Source: Nemertoderma westbladi
Lineage: Eukaryota > Animalia > Xenacoelomorpha
DNA length: 64,000 nucleotides
Reading direction: 5' to 3'
NCBI GenBank assembly: GCA_032718475.1
Contig: JAUCBJ010007649.1
Span: forward strand, 51,577 to 115,576
The position numbers and the translations under genes are program-made. Under the pieces are notes generated by a model. It ran no database searches. It had not been told where the DNA came from and was given only the letters and a program-made list of their open reading frames with translations. Every line of letters begins with the position of its first letter. Within the stretch, counting starts at the first letter, position 1. This document shows positions 34,701-45,646 of this stretch, one piece after another.

Positions 34701-37700
34701 AAACTCACCGATGTCTATCAACTTATTTCACGGGAGGCCGTGATCGAGACTCGATCGAACTATACCGATCACCATATCGCGGCGGAAGGGATAACTGTTT
34801 CTGCGCCGAATCGGACTAAACCTTTTCCGACGAACGCGAAGGCCGTTACTTACGCCACCCCTACTGAGACTTCTAAAGTTCTGACGCCTATCGGCACCAC
34901 GCAGCCACGACAACAGTTGCCGGCGGACTTTGTGGGATGCTCATACTGCGAGCGGAACGGCAGAAACCATAGCGGACATAAACTACGTGCATGTCGCGCT
35001 TTTAAAGAGTTAGGGATCGAGGAAAGGAGACTCCAAATCCGATCTCTAGATTCCTGTTGGAGATGTATGAAGCCAGGACACGTCCGGAAGGATTGCCCGA
35101 GCGATGATACATGTTCTCTGTGTGGACGTAACCATGACGCGTTGCTTCACACAACCAGTCATACTCCGACCAGACGCTTTCGACGAGAGCATCCCGATAA
35201 AGCGGCTAGATGCGACGCGCTTTATAAGGAGCGTGCGCCGCGCGAGATCCGTACCTTTTATACCGACTGTATGGATCAGTCAGGATCATCGGACGAGGAC
35301 GAGGAGGAAGACGACACTTTCTACGTGCATGCAGGTGAGGAACAGCCATCGATAACGCTCCTCACACAGAACCAATTGAAAGGGTTTAGCGTGATTCCTA
35401 TAAAGATTACCGGAACCCGAGGGAGCAAGCGTATATACGCCATCTTAGACTCTGCGTCATCGCATAGCTATGTCGACGAACAAGTAGCCGACGTAGTTAC
35501 GGACTTGAGTCAAGGTAAGACTGCTCAGTATACTGTAAGCAGCATGCATGGTAAGAGAGCGATTCCTGTGACAAGAGTAAAACTAACTTTAGACACTCTT
35601 CTTTCCAAAGCGGAACACAGCAAGGAGGAGCGCTCATTACTTCCGGTAAGAAATTTGACCTTTGCAGCTACGAAGGACTTTAGTAACTTGCTCGGCCCTG
35701 TGCCAGAGCAATCACCGGAAGATCGTAAGTATTTCCGACACCTTGGAATACCGGAATGTCCTGTCAATTATCGTTCCATTGCGATGTTAATTGGGACAGA
35801 CCAGTTTAACTTACATCAGGTATGGGAGACACGCCCATCTGTTATTACAGCGGGCAACCCCTACGCATGTAGAACTCCCATAGGTTGGTATACTAGAGCA
35901 CCAATACGTTCACTAGAGGTAAGTGACCAGGAGGACGACGTTTTGAGTACGTGTAGTTTATTGACTAACACGATAGATAATTCTCCTTCACACTCCCGTG
36001 GTCCAATTGTACGGACGGCACTACGACAGACTTGCGTCACTAACGCAGACGCCACCGATACTGACGTAACCGATCTGGACACGACCATACGGACCTCTGA
36101 CTTACAACTACTTGCAGTAGACCAGGTTGTATTGACTACTGAAGACCTGAGGGTTGTTGCTGTGGATGACTCGATGAACGAGGATTTTGGAAGGCTTGCG
36201 AGCCTACCGAAAAATCCGAAGGTCATTGACCCCACCCACCAGGCTTCGACACCGGTCGTTGATCTTGGAAGGCTTGCGAGCCTACCGATAGATCAAGAAG
36301 TTGTCAAACCGCCGCACGACAATTCGACGCCGACTAGTGACACCGGAAGGCTTGCGAGCCTACCAGACACATTGACACTAGCCACCGCAGCGGACGAAGA
36401 CGTGGACGAGGACCATGGCGCAGTGCAAGCAGCGCTTGACCGACTGCTGACTGAACGGACCATACAATGGTTGGAACAGGACTCAGCAGAACCCGGTAGT
36501 TACGAGACCGCTATGTCAGAACAGGAAAAACGGTCATTAAATATTATGAGAGATACCATTCGCCAGACCGCGAATGGCCACTATGAGGTTGGTATGTTGT
36601 GGCGCGATGGACAACCTAAGCTCGTTAACAATTACCCGCTTGCTTTGAGGCGACTCAAATCAATAAGGCAGCGATTGTTGCGAGACGAGACGGCCCATAT
36701 GCAATACAATGCACAACTTCAGACGTATCTCCAAAAGGGATACGCCATTAGGATGTTAAATCCTGAGGTAACTACAGACCAGACATATTACCTGCCACAT
36801 CATTTTGTTCGACACCCGGACAAACCTGGCAAGGTGCGTGTAGTCAACGACTGCGCTGCGCTTTACCAAGGGATGTCTATGAATAGCGAACTGATGGACG
36901 GGCCGAATATGAATAATTACCTCATGGGAGTCCTAATGCGTTTTAGACAACGCAAAGTGGCTTTCACCTGTGACGTAGAGGCCATGTTTCACCAGGTTAA
37001 GGCTTTGGAGCGGGACAGGGACAGTTTGAGGTTTCTTTGGTATCCGGACGGAAACTTACAACTTCCGCCAGAAACTTACCAAATGCAGGTAAGAGTATTC
37101 GGAGCCAGGGACAGCCCCAACTGCACCATGTACGCCTTGAAGCAGACAGCATTAGACAGACGAGACCAATTTGACCCAGAAGTAGTTCGGACCGTGGAAC
37201 GAGATTTCTACGTGGATGACGGCCTCAAGAGTTGTGACACCTTGGAGCGCGCTACAACCGTAGCACACCAACTCCAGGATTGTCTCGCTGAGGGCGGATT
37301 TCACCTGACGAAGTTCGCTTCCAACGAACCCGAACTGGTGAACTCATTTGACCCGACGGATCGTAGCGGAGGTGACTTGGACTTAGACCTAGAACCTCTG
37401 CCGACGACCAAAGTATTAGGACTTAGTTGGGACCCTAACACCGACAATTTTAGGGTACGTGTAAGGTCCAACGACCAGACTAGACCTCTCACTAAGAGGA
37501 CTTGCTTATCGACCATGAGTCGATTGTATGACCCATTGTGTTTCATTAGTCCAGTGATCCTGCATGCTAGGATCATACTCCGCAGCATTTGGCAAGCCGG
37601 ACTGGAATGGGACGATCCCATCCCAGAAAAGTTAGCTGAGCGATGGAGGGACTGGGAAGCCCAACTGACGTTCCTACAAGACTATACCATACCAAGGGTA

Positions 37701-40628
37701 TACTTTCCTTTGCAAACCACCTTTCCTGCTGATTTAGAGCTTCACAGCTTTAGTGACGCTAGCAAGGATGGATTGGGGGTTACCTTATACCTTAGACGAC
37801 AAGTGACATCGGACAGCTACGATGTATCTCTCGTTACTTCAAGGGCTAGAACAATGCCATTGAAGTATATGACTGTACCTCGTGGGGAGCTGCAAGCCGG
37901 GACGATATCCACCGATATTGTCAGTCTAGTTCAACGCGAGCTGGAGGCTAACTTGAAGGTCACATATTGGACGGATGCGACGTTGGTACTTTGGTACATA
38001 AACAACGAAACATTCGAGTTCAAGACTTTCGTAGCCAACAGACGGGCTGAAATACTAGACCGGTCGCTCAAACAAGATTGGCGTCACTGTCCAGGGAAGC
38101 TGAACCCAGCTGACATCGCGTCACGGGGGATGCAACCACTTGACTTTTGTAAACCGGACAATAAATCCTTTTGGTTTAGAGGACCCGATTTCCTACAGCG
38201 ACCATCAGACGAATGGCCACCGTTATTCGACGCGACAACCAACACCATACCAGAGGGTGCCGAGATAAAACTCGACAAGGTTGTCAAGTCTAAAGCGAAA
38301 GCCAACGCCAAGGTCAAGAGGAAAAAAGGACGGACGAAATCTGATGACCTGGATGCCAGACCTGACATTACGCCAGACGTCTCGCCAGACACTCGACCAG
38401 ACGCTTGTACGAATCCTTCGCCGGATGTTCCGCGGGAGATTTCACCAGACGTTTCGCCGGATTGTTCACCAGATTACTCGCCAGACTATTCACCAGAAGA
38501 GACACCAGATTGTTCTCCGGATTGTTCGCCAGATTGTTTGATGGAACTCTCGACAGAATGTCTACCGGACGTCTCACCAGACTTTTCACCAGACATCTCG
38601 ACCGACTGTCCACCAGACTTTGAACCAGACTTTCTGACAGAAGTTACGCTAGACAGACTTTGGGACCGACGACAGGACATTTCGCCGGATGTTCCGCGCT
38701 ATGTCTCACCAGACGTCTCACCAGACTGTTCACCAGACGCTTCACCAGACTGTCTACTAGACACTCCATTAGAAGACCCATTGGAGCGGATCTTTAGAGA
38801 CGTACCGAATTTGACTTCTTTGGACGACAGAGATGTGGCCACAGGGATTACACTCCGCTCGAAGAAGGTACTTGACTTACCTACAGGTAAAGTGGTGACT
38901 AAGGTTAGGAAGCTTACAGGCTCACAGGAACACACTGACACTGTAGAGTTGAAACCATTACTGCCAGTCGACACATTAGGTGCGGACGGCAAAGGTAAGA
39001 CCGTAGAGATTGACGTACTTGGGGACTCAGACAAACCTACCGGAAGGCCCGTGGGCCTACCAAGTCCAGACAAGTATCCACACTACGACTACACCTTACC
39101 CGATGACGTCACTAACACTTACGTTGACAGGATAGTGAACCTAACTAGATCGTGGACTGACGCGTGCCGCAAGTTAGCATGGCTCAAACGATTGAGACAA
39201 TATGCCAGAGGCAAACGCGACTTTCCTAGAAGACTTACCTTAAAGGAAATTGAACACTGTGAAGTTGATATCATTAGACATTATCAATTGCGATATTTCG
39301 CACGAGAGTTCACAGCGATCAAACAAGGTAAACAGATTAAGTCTTCACCGATTTTGAGTTGGAGTCCGATTATTTACCGGGGCTTACTTTGTCACAAGTC
39401 CAGACTCCAAAACATCGACTTTGCACTTGACTTTAGGTATCCTATCATCATACCGCAACACCATGAGTTACAGCGCGCTATGATACTGGACGCACATGTA
39501 CAACTCAAACACGTAGGTAGACACCACTGTCTATCACACTTACGCTCGAGGTTTGTACTGATTAGACCTAGTAAGGCACTGAGTTCAGTAACACGGAACT
39601 GTATTATTTGTAAGAAGGTGCACGCGAGGATAGGACACCAAGAAATGAGTGAACTACCATTAGCTAGATTACAGGCGTTTAGACCCCCTTTCACTGAGAC
39701 AGGGATAGACTGTTTTGGACCCATAATCGCGAAACGCGGAAGGGTACAGGTAAAACGTTGGGGATTGATCTTCACTTGCATGGCCAGCAGAGCTGTCCAT
39801 ATAGAGCGAGTGACAGACTTGTCCACCAATGCCTTTATCCTAGCCTTACGGCGATTTATCGCTAGACGTGGATTGGTCAAATCCATATACTGCGACCAAG
39901 GGACAAACTTTGTGGGTGCACGGAACGAGATAACCAGAGCTTTGAGAAAATTGGACCAAAACCAGATTTCCGAGGAACTACGTCCTCACCGTATTGTTTG
40001 GTTTTTCAATACTCCAGACAGTCCGTGGAGAGGCGGCGTTTGGGAAAGGCTGATTGGCTCAATTAAGACAGCTATGGCTAAAGTCGTACCGACGCAACAC
40101 ATCTTGACAGACGATCAACTGACGACGTTACTAATAGAAATCGAAGCAATCTTAAATACCAGACCGATCGCTTTGATCCCAGACAATAACGACGTACAGT
40201 TTGCCTTGACACCAGCGCACCTGCTTATGCAGGCGCCGACGACATTGTTGCCCATTTCGGTACCCGTTGATAGTGACGGATACGGCAACAAGGCTTGGAA
40301 AATCACTCAATTACTTGCAAATAAATTCTGGGAAATATGGCAGAAATATTATTTGCCCTCTATTTCGACCAGAACCTCTTGGTATCTAAATACCCGGTGT
40401 TTAAGACGTGGTGACCATGTCTTATTGGCTGAAGCCAATCTGAGAAGACGGTTTTGGCTGACTGGAGTCATTTTGACCACGCACCCTACATCTGGTGTAG
40501 TGAGGACAGTTACTGTACGGACTATCGACGGACGTACCGTAGATAGGCCTGTACAACGTCTCGTACTCCTTGAGGAGACTAGAAACGAGACGGGAGACTA
40601 CAAATCTCCACCCAATATTAGTAAATAG
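31770..40628 (+). CDS. gag-pol: E2 BEL/Pao Gag-Pol polyprotein, 2952 aa, uninterrupted
   Basis: CWRCMKPGHVRKDC; ILDSAS; YVDD; FSDAS, PRGEL, WTDA, NPADIASRG; GIDCFGP, CDQGTNF, GGVWERL. Confidence 0.97.
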   Translation: MSDTPHSTRYPPTDYDSCDPDRSTVDEPRRRTRDSTDVTPLASPVPRTEIPEAATRGDGRIEDFLTVPQTRSREPDMVSSTGSQENVIRSIGGHMAQITRNLGEGFRVLRELTAPMSRYEFYTLQVRIESRVHASVDKLKGLHELAELRGDNFTQVKIVDKLVSARESLIQFKSVISLAQQEQFDQLLGESVSDALLQPEEEEELYCLDGRLETLTNFLRRCGVPIDEPEVEPRGTTEVLTTEGSRAYQHPPLDRSFVSVRSDVGNVGDVSRTASGITRQQQEVARRQQVAEEEARHQMAQIAIEGEKQRREDEARIAQLKAQAEFEASEMRRLEEDLAREAAAAAAADELARKKAASDARAKLEARQINARLAIQEAELAAQQQDADRREREMQLQFELNRRSRETANAQADLELDARDRSMRSRTGHDLSALDRMEARYRGIQKRIEEGSVGAIDRGEEFVEDYCKRFPQVIPMLKPTTPIKPVFVTKPKEITPVRSTQGNRFVVTEIPQPRATSSPILAGNITSPPTVSRSLLVGREEPAFMTIKQVSKPLQVKPVTCCANPVIYRPTTKPDYFTRPLTQCSTQPTTSWKACEPTELRRRMDVGSTHGIGQRIARPTTSWKACEPTEQRRAVDSGPQRTRPRIIRRTRTRQPPYPDDSDSSSDSESTEREIFRTGAAAAADYKQEERSTNPYIDNPPRETPQQKPTLQPAEAISTNRLAEIMRPVADRLAQIEERLEAQPSDRSRTSVELEQPRQHRPPRREQETRRTPTHREEDPVNNSYRRTTRGRERLDDATEQGRGQLDLVSEIAKFAARHGLPAQQPPKFSGNAKHWRTLVDYVESQIAKCAFTSTEKFNYLLQVLSGEPKRLAETFIGVPDAFELAYDRLYSIYGGNVAMAKSIIEDLCRGGNISRPIDLLRLADEIKNAIGTLRSIGQLEYANAPTVLIRIIGRLHHRLRREWRRIEYQREEAGGLLKLTDVYQLISREAVIETRSNYTDHHIAAEGITVSAPNRTKPFPTNAKAVTYATPTETSKVLTPIGTTQPRQQLPADFVGCSYCERNGRNHSGHKLRACRAFKELGIEERRLQIRSLDSCWRCMKPGHVRKDCPSDDTCSLCGRNHDALLHTTSHTPTRRFRREHPDKAARCDALYKERAPREIRTFYTDCMDQSGSSDEDEEEDDTFYVHAGEEQPSITLLTQNQLKGFSVIPIKITGTRGSKRIYAILDSASSHSYVDEQVADVVTDLSQGKTAQYTVSSMHGKRAIPVTRVKLTLDTLLSKAEHSKEERSLLPVRNLTFAATKDFSNLLGPVPEQSPEDRKYFRHLGIPECPVNYRSIAMLIGTDQFNLHQVWETRPSVITAGNPYACRTPIGWYTRAPIRSLEVSDQEDDVLSTCSLLTNTIDNSPSHSRGPIVRTALRQTCVTNADATDTDVTDLDTTIRTSDLQLLAVDQVVLTTEDLRVVAVDDSMNEDFGRLASLPKNPKVIDPTHQASTPVVDLGRLASLPIDQEVVKPPHDNSTPTSDTGRLASLPDTLTLATAADEDVDEDHGAVQAALDRLLTERTIQWLEQDSAEPGSYETAMSEQEKRSLNIMRDTIRQTANGHYEVGMLWRDGQPKLVNNYPLALRRLKSIRQRLLRDETAHMQYNAQLQTYLQKGYAIRMLNPEVTTDQTYYLPHHFVRHPDKPGKVRVVNDCAALYQGMSMNSELMDGPNMNNYLMGVLMRFRQRKVAFTCDVEAMFHQVKALERDRDSLRFLWYPDGNLQLPPETYQMQVRVFGARDSPNCTMYALKQTALDRRDQFDPEVVRTVERDFYVDDGLKSCDTLERATTVAHQLQDCLAEGGFHLTKFASNEPELVNSFDPTDRSGGDLDLDLEPLPTTKVLGLSWDPNTDNFRVRVRSNDQTRPLTKRTCLSTMSRLYDPLCFISPVILHARIILRSIWQAGLEWDDPIPEKLAERWRDWEAQLTFLQDYTIPRVYFPLQTTFPADLELHSFSDASKDGLGVTLYLRRQVTSDSYDVSLVTSRARTMPLKYMTVPRGELQAGTISTDIVSLVQRELEANLKVTYWTDATLVLWYINNETFEFKTFVANRRAEILDRSLKQDWRHCPGKLNPADIASRGMQPLDFCKPDNKSFWFRGPDFLQRPSDEWPPLFDATTNTIPEGAEIKLDKVVKSKAKANAKVKRKKGRTKSDDLDARPDITPDVSPDTRPDACTNPSPDVPREISPDVSPDCSPDYSPDYSPEETPDCSPDCSPDCLMELSTECLPDVSPDFSPDISTDCPPDFEPDFLTEVTLDRLWDRRQDISPDVPRYVSPDVSPDCSPDASPDCLLDTPLEDPLERIFRDVPNLTSLDDRDVATGITLRSKKVLDLPTGKVVTKVRKLTGSQEHTDTVELKPLLPVDTLGADGKGKTVEIDVLGDSDKPTGRPVGLPSPDKYPHYDYTLPDDVTNTYVDRIVNLTRSWTDACRKLAWLKRLRQYARGKRDFPRRLTLKEIEHCEVDIIRHYQLRYFAREFTAIKQGKQIKSSPILSWSPIIYRGLLCHKSRLQNIDFALDFRYPIIIPQHHELQRAMILDAHVQLKHVGRHHCLSHLRSRFVLIRPSKALSSVTRNCIICKKVHARIGHQEMSELPLARLQAFRPPFTETGIDCFGPIIAKRGRVQVKRWGLIFTCMASRAVHIERVTDLSTNAFILALRRFIARRGLVKSIYCDQGTNFVGARNEITRALRKLDQNQISEELRPHRIVWFFNTPDSPWRGGVWERLIGSIKTAMAKVVPTQHILTDDQLTTLLIEIEAILNTRPIALIPDNNDVQFALTPAHLLMQAPTTLLPISVPVDSDGYGNKAWKITQLLANKFWEIWQKYYLPSISTRTSWYLNTRCLRRGDHVLLAEANLRRRFWLTGVILTTHPTSGVVRTVTVRTIDGRTVDRPVQRLVLLEETRNETGDYKSPPNISK

Positions 40629-41359
40629 ATGTGGGACCTTTGTTGGCCGCCACATAGACCTACTGTATTTTAGTTATTTGTATTTGTATTACTGTACGTG
40701 CATTTGTAATCCTCTTCACTGTAGATAGAGACAGCGGTGGAATTCCATTGTCTTTATACGTGAACATGGAGGGTAGTACCCTTATGTATCACATAGGAGC
40801 GGGATTGTGTGTACAGTAGGAATGGAATTCCACTTGGAACCCACAAGTGAGACATTTTTCAAAAATTATTAGACAAATCCATTTATTTGGATTTAAATTT
40901 AAGAAAAACGATTCTCCAGTGAAAGCAAATTCTAGAATACAGCTAGATAAAATTAAAATTGGGGAGGACAAGAGCGGATGGAAGGCTTGCGAGCCTACCG
41001 ATAAATTTTTTTGGAAAAGAAAATCGGTCTTGTTCTACGTAGTCGTGTCTACTATTATTTTGACCAATTAATTCTCGACTGCACTATTTTTCTTGGGAAA
41101 CGTAGTTTGGGAAATTAAAAGGTGAGTATTTTAGACTCGCGGCTAGTTTACCCGGAATTCGTTTTTTATCGGCACAATTTTGGATTAGGAGCCAGTGCGA
41201 AATTACGCGAACCCGAAATCATTAGGCAAAATGGGTTGGGGTTTAGAGCAGAGTTGAGCCAAAAGCCAACAAACTCTGGAGTCACCTCACATCTAACCTC
41301 TATTTTGTGCTTCATCTAGTAGAAACGTAACGATATGTAACCGCATATATTCGTATACA

Positions 41360-41492
41360 ATGGCGGAGAAGATGTATAAAGAGTTACGTCAAGGGTTTAC
41401 GCAAGAACAGGAGCACCAGGCGCCATTCAATCGTTATGGAGCTAAAAACTTTAGTGTGTTTGGAGTGGAGAGTATGGCTAGGAGTACAGCCA
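41360..41492 (+). pseudogene. E2 accessory ORF segment 1 (N-terminus, cut by the E3 insertion)
   Basis: Removing E3 plus one TSD joins ...ARSTA-K-LAKSKADPN in frame with the 48853 ORF. Confidence 0.75.
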
Positions 41493-42021
41493 TGTTAGCT
41501 TATCCAATTCCGCTAACACAAACCCATAGAGTGAGCCATAAAGCAATATTGGGAGCCTATTGTCAGCCCAGTAAACGGGGACAATAGGCCCCAAAGGAGA
41601 CACACACAATAAGGGTCAGGGGTTACTCCCCTGACAAGAGAGAGAACAGCAAGGGCGAAGGGAAGCACTTCAGAGGGGGGCAAAGGGTGCCAACAGGGGT
41701 ATCAACCAATCAGAGGGGGGAAAGGCATCGATTGAGTAGCAATAAGGCCACCGTGCAATATAACCAGTTACCAGTAATCATACCGGTCAGTTATTCAGTT
41801 TACTCAGTCAGATCAGTAGGGTGGAACGGGGACTTCTGTCACCGTCCGCTACCGCCATCTATATATTACCTATTGTGTCATACTATATTATATCAACTGT
41901 CAGACTATTATACCTTTATACATATTACCCAACATCAGAACTCTTTTACCTTTCACACACGGCGGGGACGCGTGGATAGAAAACCCAAACGGATAAACCG
42001 GGATCCGTAGATCCCGTCACA
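41493..42021 (+). repeat. E3 5' LTR
   Basis: TGTTAGC...CCCGTCACA; direct repeat of 48275-48803. Confidence 0.97.
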
Positions 42022-42030
42022 GTGACAGAA
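42022..42030 (+). promoter_or_regulatory. E3 non-tRNA primer-binding site candidate (GTGACAGAA)
   Basis: Exact reverse complement of LTR 41834-41842 (TTCTGTCAC). Confidence 0.6.
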
Positions 42031-42150
42031 CTAGATCCGCCCAGCTGCCCTGACAGAGATAGAATCCTAGCAGCTGCCCTAACAGTCTGACAGTGATAGA
42101 ACTAGATCTAACCAACTGACAGACTGTGGCTGCCAGCTACCAAAGGCGAG

Positions 42151-43524
42151 ATGAGTCGAGAGAAAGGAACGACACCGCCGCGGACCCCGGACGACGATCT
42201 AACGATCCGCGAGGCCACGGCGAGACGATACGAACCCACGACGCCGGTCGATGCTACGCCGACCACGTCGACGCAGGTTGACGCCACGTCGATAACGAGC
42301 AACACGGCGAACCAAGATGTGGGGGGTCGTCTACCAGGAGAGAGCGAGTCGAGTAGAGGAGACGAGTCGGGAGGAGAAGAGAAAGACGAGTCGACGCGGA
42401 GCGAGGGTCGACGTACCGATGTCGCCGGTCCGCCACAGGCCGAGGACGACGGACGGTCCACCGGAACGGCAACGGTGGGGCCGTCGGTACGACGTCGGAC
42501 CCGGAGAGACAGAGGAGAGGTCGGCGACGAGGACGTCGGGGTTTCTGATCGACTTCGACGGGCCTACAACGCGACCCGGGAACTACTAAAGGAGGCCAAG
42601 GAGGGGGCGAAGGTAGACGAGGTGAGACTGAGGAGACGACTAGGTGAGTCGAACAGATACCTTGATCACCTAGTGTGTTCTGGGCAGAGAGAACTAGCCG
42701 AGGAGAGGGCGTGGGGAGTTGCCTTCGGACTGTTTGAACTATGGGAATGTGGGGGTATGGAGCCTAGTGTAGTGTACATAGGGCCATACTTAGTCGATGC
42801 CCGGGGAGCAAAATTAGTGGGTTGGAAGAGACCTGAGGAGGGCGAATCCGAGGTTAAACCCGAGGATTCGGTCTCGTCGGTCGGAGGAAGTTCCGGGAAG
42901 CGGGGGAAAGTTAGTAGGACGGAGGGGCGACGGGAGTCCGTCGCAACCGATAAGTCTGCTACATCCTCCGCAAAAGAAAGAAGGGTGCGGGAGAGATATC
43001 TAAAGTGTAAATTAGGAATGGCGGCGGCAGAGCAGGAACAGTTAGAGTGGCAATTGAGGAGTGAAACCAGATTATTAGAGTTGGCAAGGGAGAATAGAGA
43101 GAGAGCCGAGGAGCAAAGAGATCGGGAGATGAGAGTAGAGAGCGAGCCGGCGAGCTGGTTTGATATGCTTGCGAGAGAGACGGCCGAGCGAAGTTTACGA
43201 GGGTACAGAGAGAGAGAGATAGAGAAAGAGCGTGACCGGGATGATTTGTGTGCCCGGATAGGGAGGCTTGCGCAATATCAAGCCAAACTTAAACGGCGCC
43301 GACTAGAACTGGCGCGGTTGGAGATATCAGAGAGTGAGCCCCCACTTACAGGCACCGGGCGAGAGAACCAGAACTGGTGTAGCCGTACGGGCGGGGGGGG
43401 TAATAGTAGTACGTTAGAAATAGTTAATATTAATAGTACCGTAGTAAATAACCCTAATCCCTTTATTACAGGAAATAATATTTTACCGGGTAGTAGTAAT
43501 TTAAATTTAAATACAAATATCTAA
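42151..43524 (+). CDS. E3 Gag-like N-terminal ORF (low complexity, coiled coil)
   Basis: 457-aa ORF starting about 130 nt after the LTR; VKPEDSVSSVG...SSAKERR followed by an E/R-rich coil, as often seen in BEL Gag N-termini. Confidence 0.65.
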   Translation: MSREKGTTPPRTPDDDLTIREATARRYEPTTPVDATPTTSTQVDATSITSNTANQDVGGRLPGESESSRGDESGGEEKDESTRSEGRRTDVAGPPQAEDDGRSTGTATVGPSVRRRTRRDRGEVGDEDVGVSDRLRRAYNATRELLKEAKEGAKVDEVRLRRRLGESNRYLDHLVCSGQRELAEERAWGVAFGLFELWECGGMEPSVVYIGPYLVDARGAKLVGWKRPEEGESEVKPEDSVSSVGGSSGKRGKVSRTEGRRESVATDKSATSSAKERRVRERYLKCKLGMAAAEQEQLEWQLRSETRLLELARENRERAEEQRDREMRVESEPASWFDMLARETAERSLRGYREREIEKERDRDDLCARIGRLAQYQAKLKRRRLELARLEISESEPPLTGTGRENQNWCSRTGGGGNSSTLEIVNINSTVVNNPNPFITGNNILPGSSNLNLNTNI

Positions 43525-44071
43525 ATAATAATTTCAATTCAAACCCGCAAAATAATTCGAATAATAATTTAAGTTTAGAGAATAGTAGTGATCTAAGTAA
43601 TTTAAATAATTTAAATAATAATCCCGTTTCAAATTCTAATAATTTAATTGATTTAACAAATAATATTGGGAATGGTGCTATTAATATGAGCGTGTCGGAC
43701 GTACATAACCCAGCAGACGGGGGCCTGGTAGGCCACGTAGTTAGTAGGCAGGAGGTGGCAGGGTTGAGCCAACCCGACGGCGGCCTGGTAGGCCACGTAG
43801 TTGGTAGGCAGGAGGTAGCGGGGTTGAGCCAACCCGAAGTGGGCCTGATGGGCCACGCAGTAGTAGAGAGAGAGGCGGGGGTGAATAGACCCAGCCGTAG
43901 TAGAGACAGTGCGTCGACTAGAGAGGGGTGTAGAGACGAAGTAAGAGATAGTGAAGTTAGATGTGGCGAGTGGGGGGGGGGCTACGGGCGCCCCACCACA
44001 TAAGATTAGTGGCGAGAGAGGGGGGGCAGAGAATGCCCCACAAGAGGGGTGTAGAAGTGTAGTAAGAGATA

Positions 44072-45646
44072 GTGAAGTTAGAAGTGGCGGGTGGGGGGGG
44101 GCTACGGAGCACCCCACCGCGAGAGATTAGTAGAGAGAGAGGGGGGGCAGAGAGTGTCCCACAGCCGTCAGCGGATAATGCGCGGGCCGAATCAGGTAAA
44201 CCGCAACACCCGGCGACGGAGAGTAATAGGGGGATTGCGAGTATCCCCAGCGGCGTGCGATCGAGCAGAGAGAGGCAGGTTGACGTCGCGAGAGGGCAGG
44301 CGAAGCGTCGAGCCCGACCAGAAGAGAGAAGAAGAACAGTGGAGTTTAACCGGGAGGTCGACGAGAGATCTCACGAGCCGGAATACTACACAGAAAAGAG
44401 AAGAAGAGAAGATAGTAGAAGAAGTGTCGCCACGAACGATAGCAGTGCGAGGACGGATAACGGACCGTCGATAGTAGAGATGGAGTCAGGGAGCCAGTGG
44501 GGTCGAACTTCGGGAGATTGCCGTCGCCCCGGAGAAACGCACCGCACGCCAAGAGAGGGGTACAGGACGTACCAATACAGAGTCGAGAACAGGAGAGGGG
44601 ATCGAAGAGAAGCTTCCCGACGGGATATAGCTGCCGATCGAGAGTGCAGTAGTCGCGGGGAGATTCGAGATTCGCGAAGAATAAACTTCGGTTCGGAAGG
44701 GCACATGCAGACTGCAGGACATACTGTAGGCCTTACTGCACATACTATTATAGGCCATGCTGGGAGAGATAGAGTAGGCGATGGGGTAGCGCGAACGACG
44801 GGATTAAACCCGGAAGTCGCGGAGTACATACCGGTAGGTAGGCGAGAGGTAGGTAGGCCTATATCGGTACAGCAGCATGACTATAATACACAGGGACATA
44901 ACATATATCCAGGGGAGGGGGGAGTTATTGGAGATAGACGTATGGGCCCCAATGTATTAACATCAACCCCAGTACCAAACATACCGGCTGGGGGGGGACA
45001 GGGTGACATTCCCCCATCACAATATCGACAATATACCCCGATAGGAGCAAGAACATCGAACTCCCTGGACGAGAGCAGGTCGTGCGGACAGTCACCACCA
45101 CACGCGGCCATACAGGGGACTGCTAGTCCACAGTTAGCTGGTAGCAGGGCCACACCGTGGCAGGGACAGAAAGAAAATAACACCAAAAATAAAAACAATC
45201 CCAATATACCCAGTAGGCCGAGTCTAGACAACCAAAACATTAAATCGGTACATATAAACCTAAGCGCGATACGTGAAGGACTATACAGGAAACGCTATAA
45301 TCCAGGATTCCAATGTCAATTACATCGGGACGGAACCCATAAGACCAGGAGTTGCAAGTACTGGCAAGCGTTGCCCAAACGAGATCGTGTAGCCTACACA
45401 GACGCAAACGGACTATGTCATCGATGTGTGGTAAAAGGACACAGATCCGGAGAGTGTTGGAAAGGGAGAGGATATGAAAGGACTAAACCAGGGGCAGAGA
45501 AGCCCATTAGCAAACATAAGGGAGTCGGGAAAGTAGAGAGGAGGCGTGTTGCATACACACGCAGGACGGACACAGTGCGAGGGGGCATTGCACGGGCAGA
45601 CACCGCGTATACCGAGGGACGAGCGGGGGTCGTCGAGGGCTCTTAA
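44072..45646 (+). CDS. E3 Gag-like C-terminal ORF with BEL-type Zn knuckles (probably a frameshifted remnant)
   Basis: CQLHRDGTHKTRSC...R...GLCHRCVVKGHRSGEC has the same layout as the E1/E2 Gag knuckles. Confidence 0.65.
   Translation: MKLEVAGGGGLRSTPPREISRERGGAESVPQPSADNARAESGKPQHPATESNRGIASIPSGVRSSRERQVDVARGQAKRRARPEERRRTVEFNREVDERSHEPEYYTEKRRREDSRRSVATNDSSARTDNGPSIVEMESGSQWGRTSGDCRRPGETHRTPREGYRTYQYRVENRRGDRREASRRDIAADRECSSRGEIRDSRRINFGSEGHMQTAGHTVGLTAHTIIGHAGRDRVGDGVARTTGLNPEVAEYIPVGRREVGRPISVQQHDYNTQGHNIYPGEGGVIGDRRMGPNVLTSTPVPNIPAGGGQGDIPPSQYRQYTPIGARTSNSLDESRSCGQSPPHAAIQGTASPQLAGSRATPWQGQKENNTKNKNNPNIPSRPSLDNQNIKSVHINLSAIREGLYRKRYNPGFQCQLHRDGTHKTRSCKYWQALPKRDRVAYTDANGLCHRCVVKGHRSGECWKGRGYERTKPGAEKPISKHKGVGKVERRRVAYTRRTDTVRGGIARADTAYTEGRAGVVEGS

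Noticed and set aside
41493-42021. Hammerhead ribozyme (retrozyme) in the E3 LTR or in the satellite
   Set aside because: No CUGANGA plus GAAA core in the right stem context found by eye; an Infernal scan would settle it.
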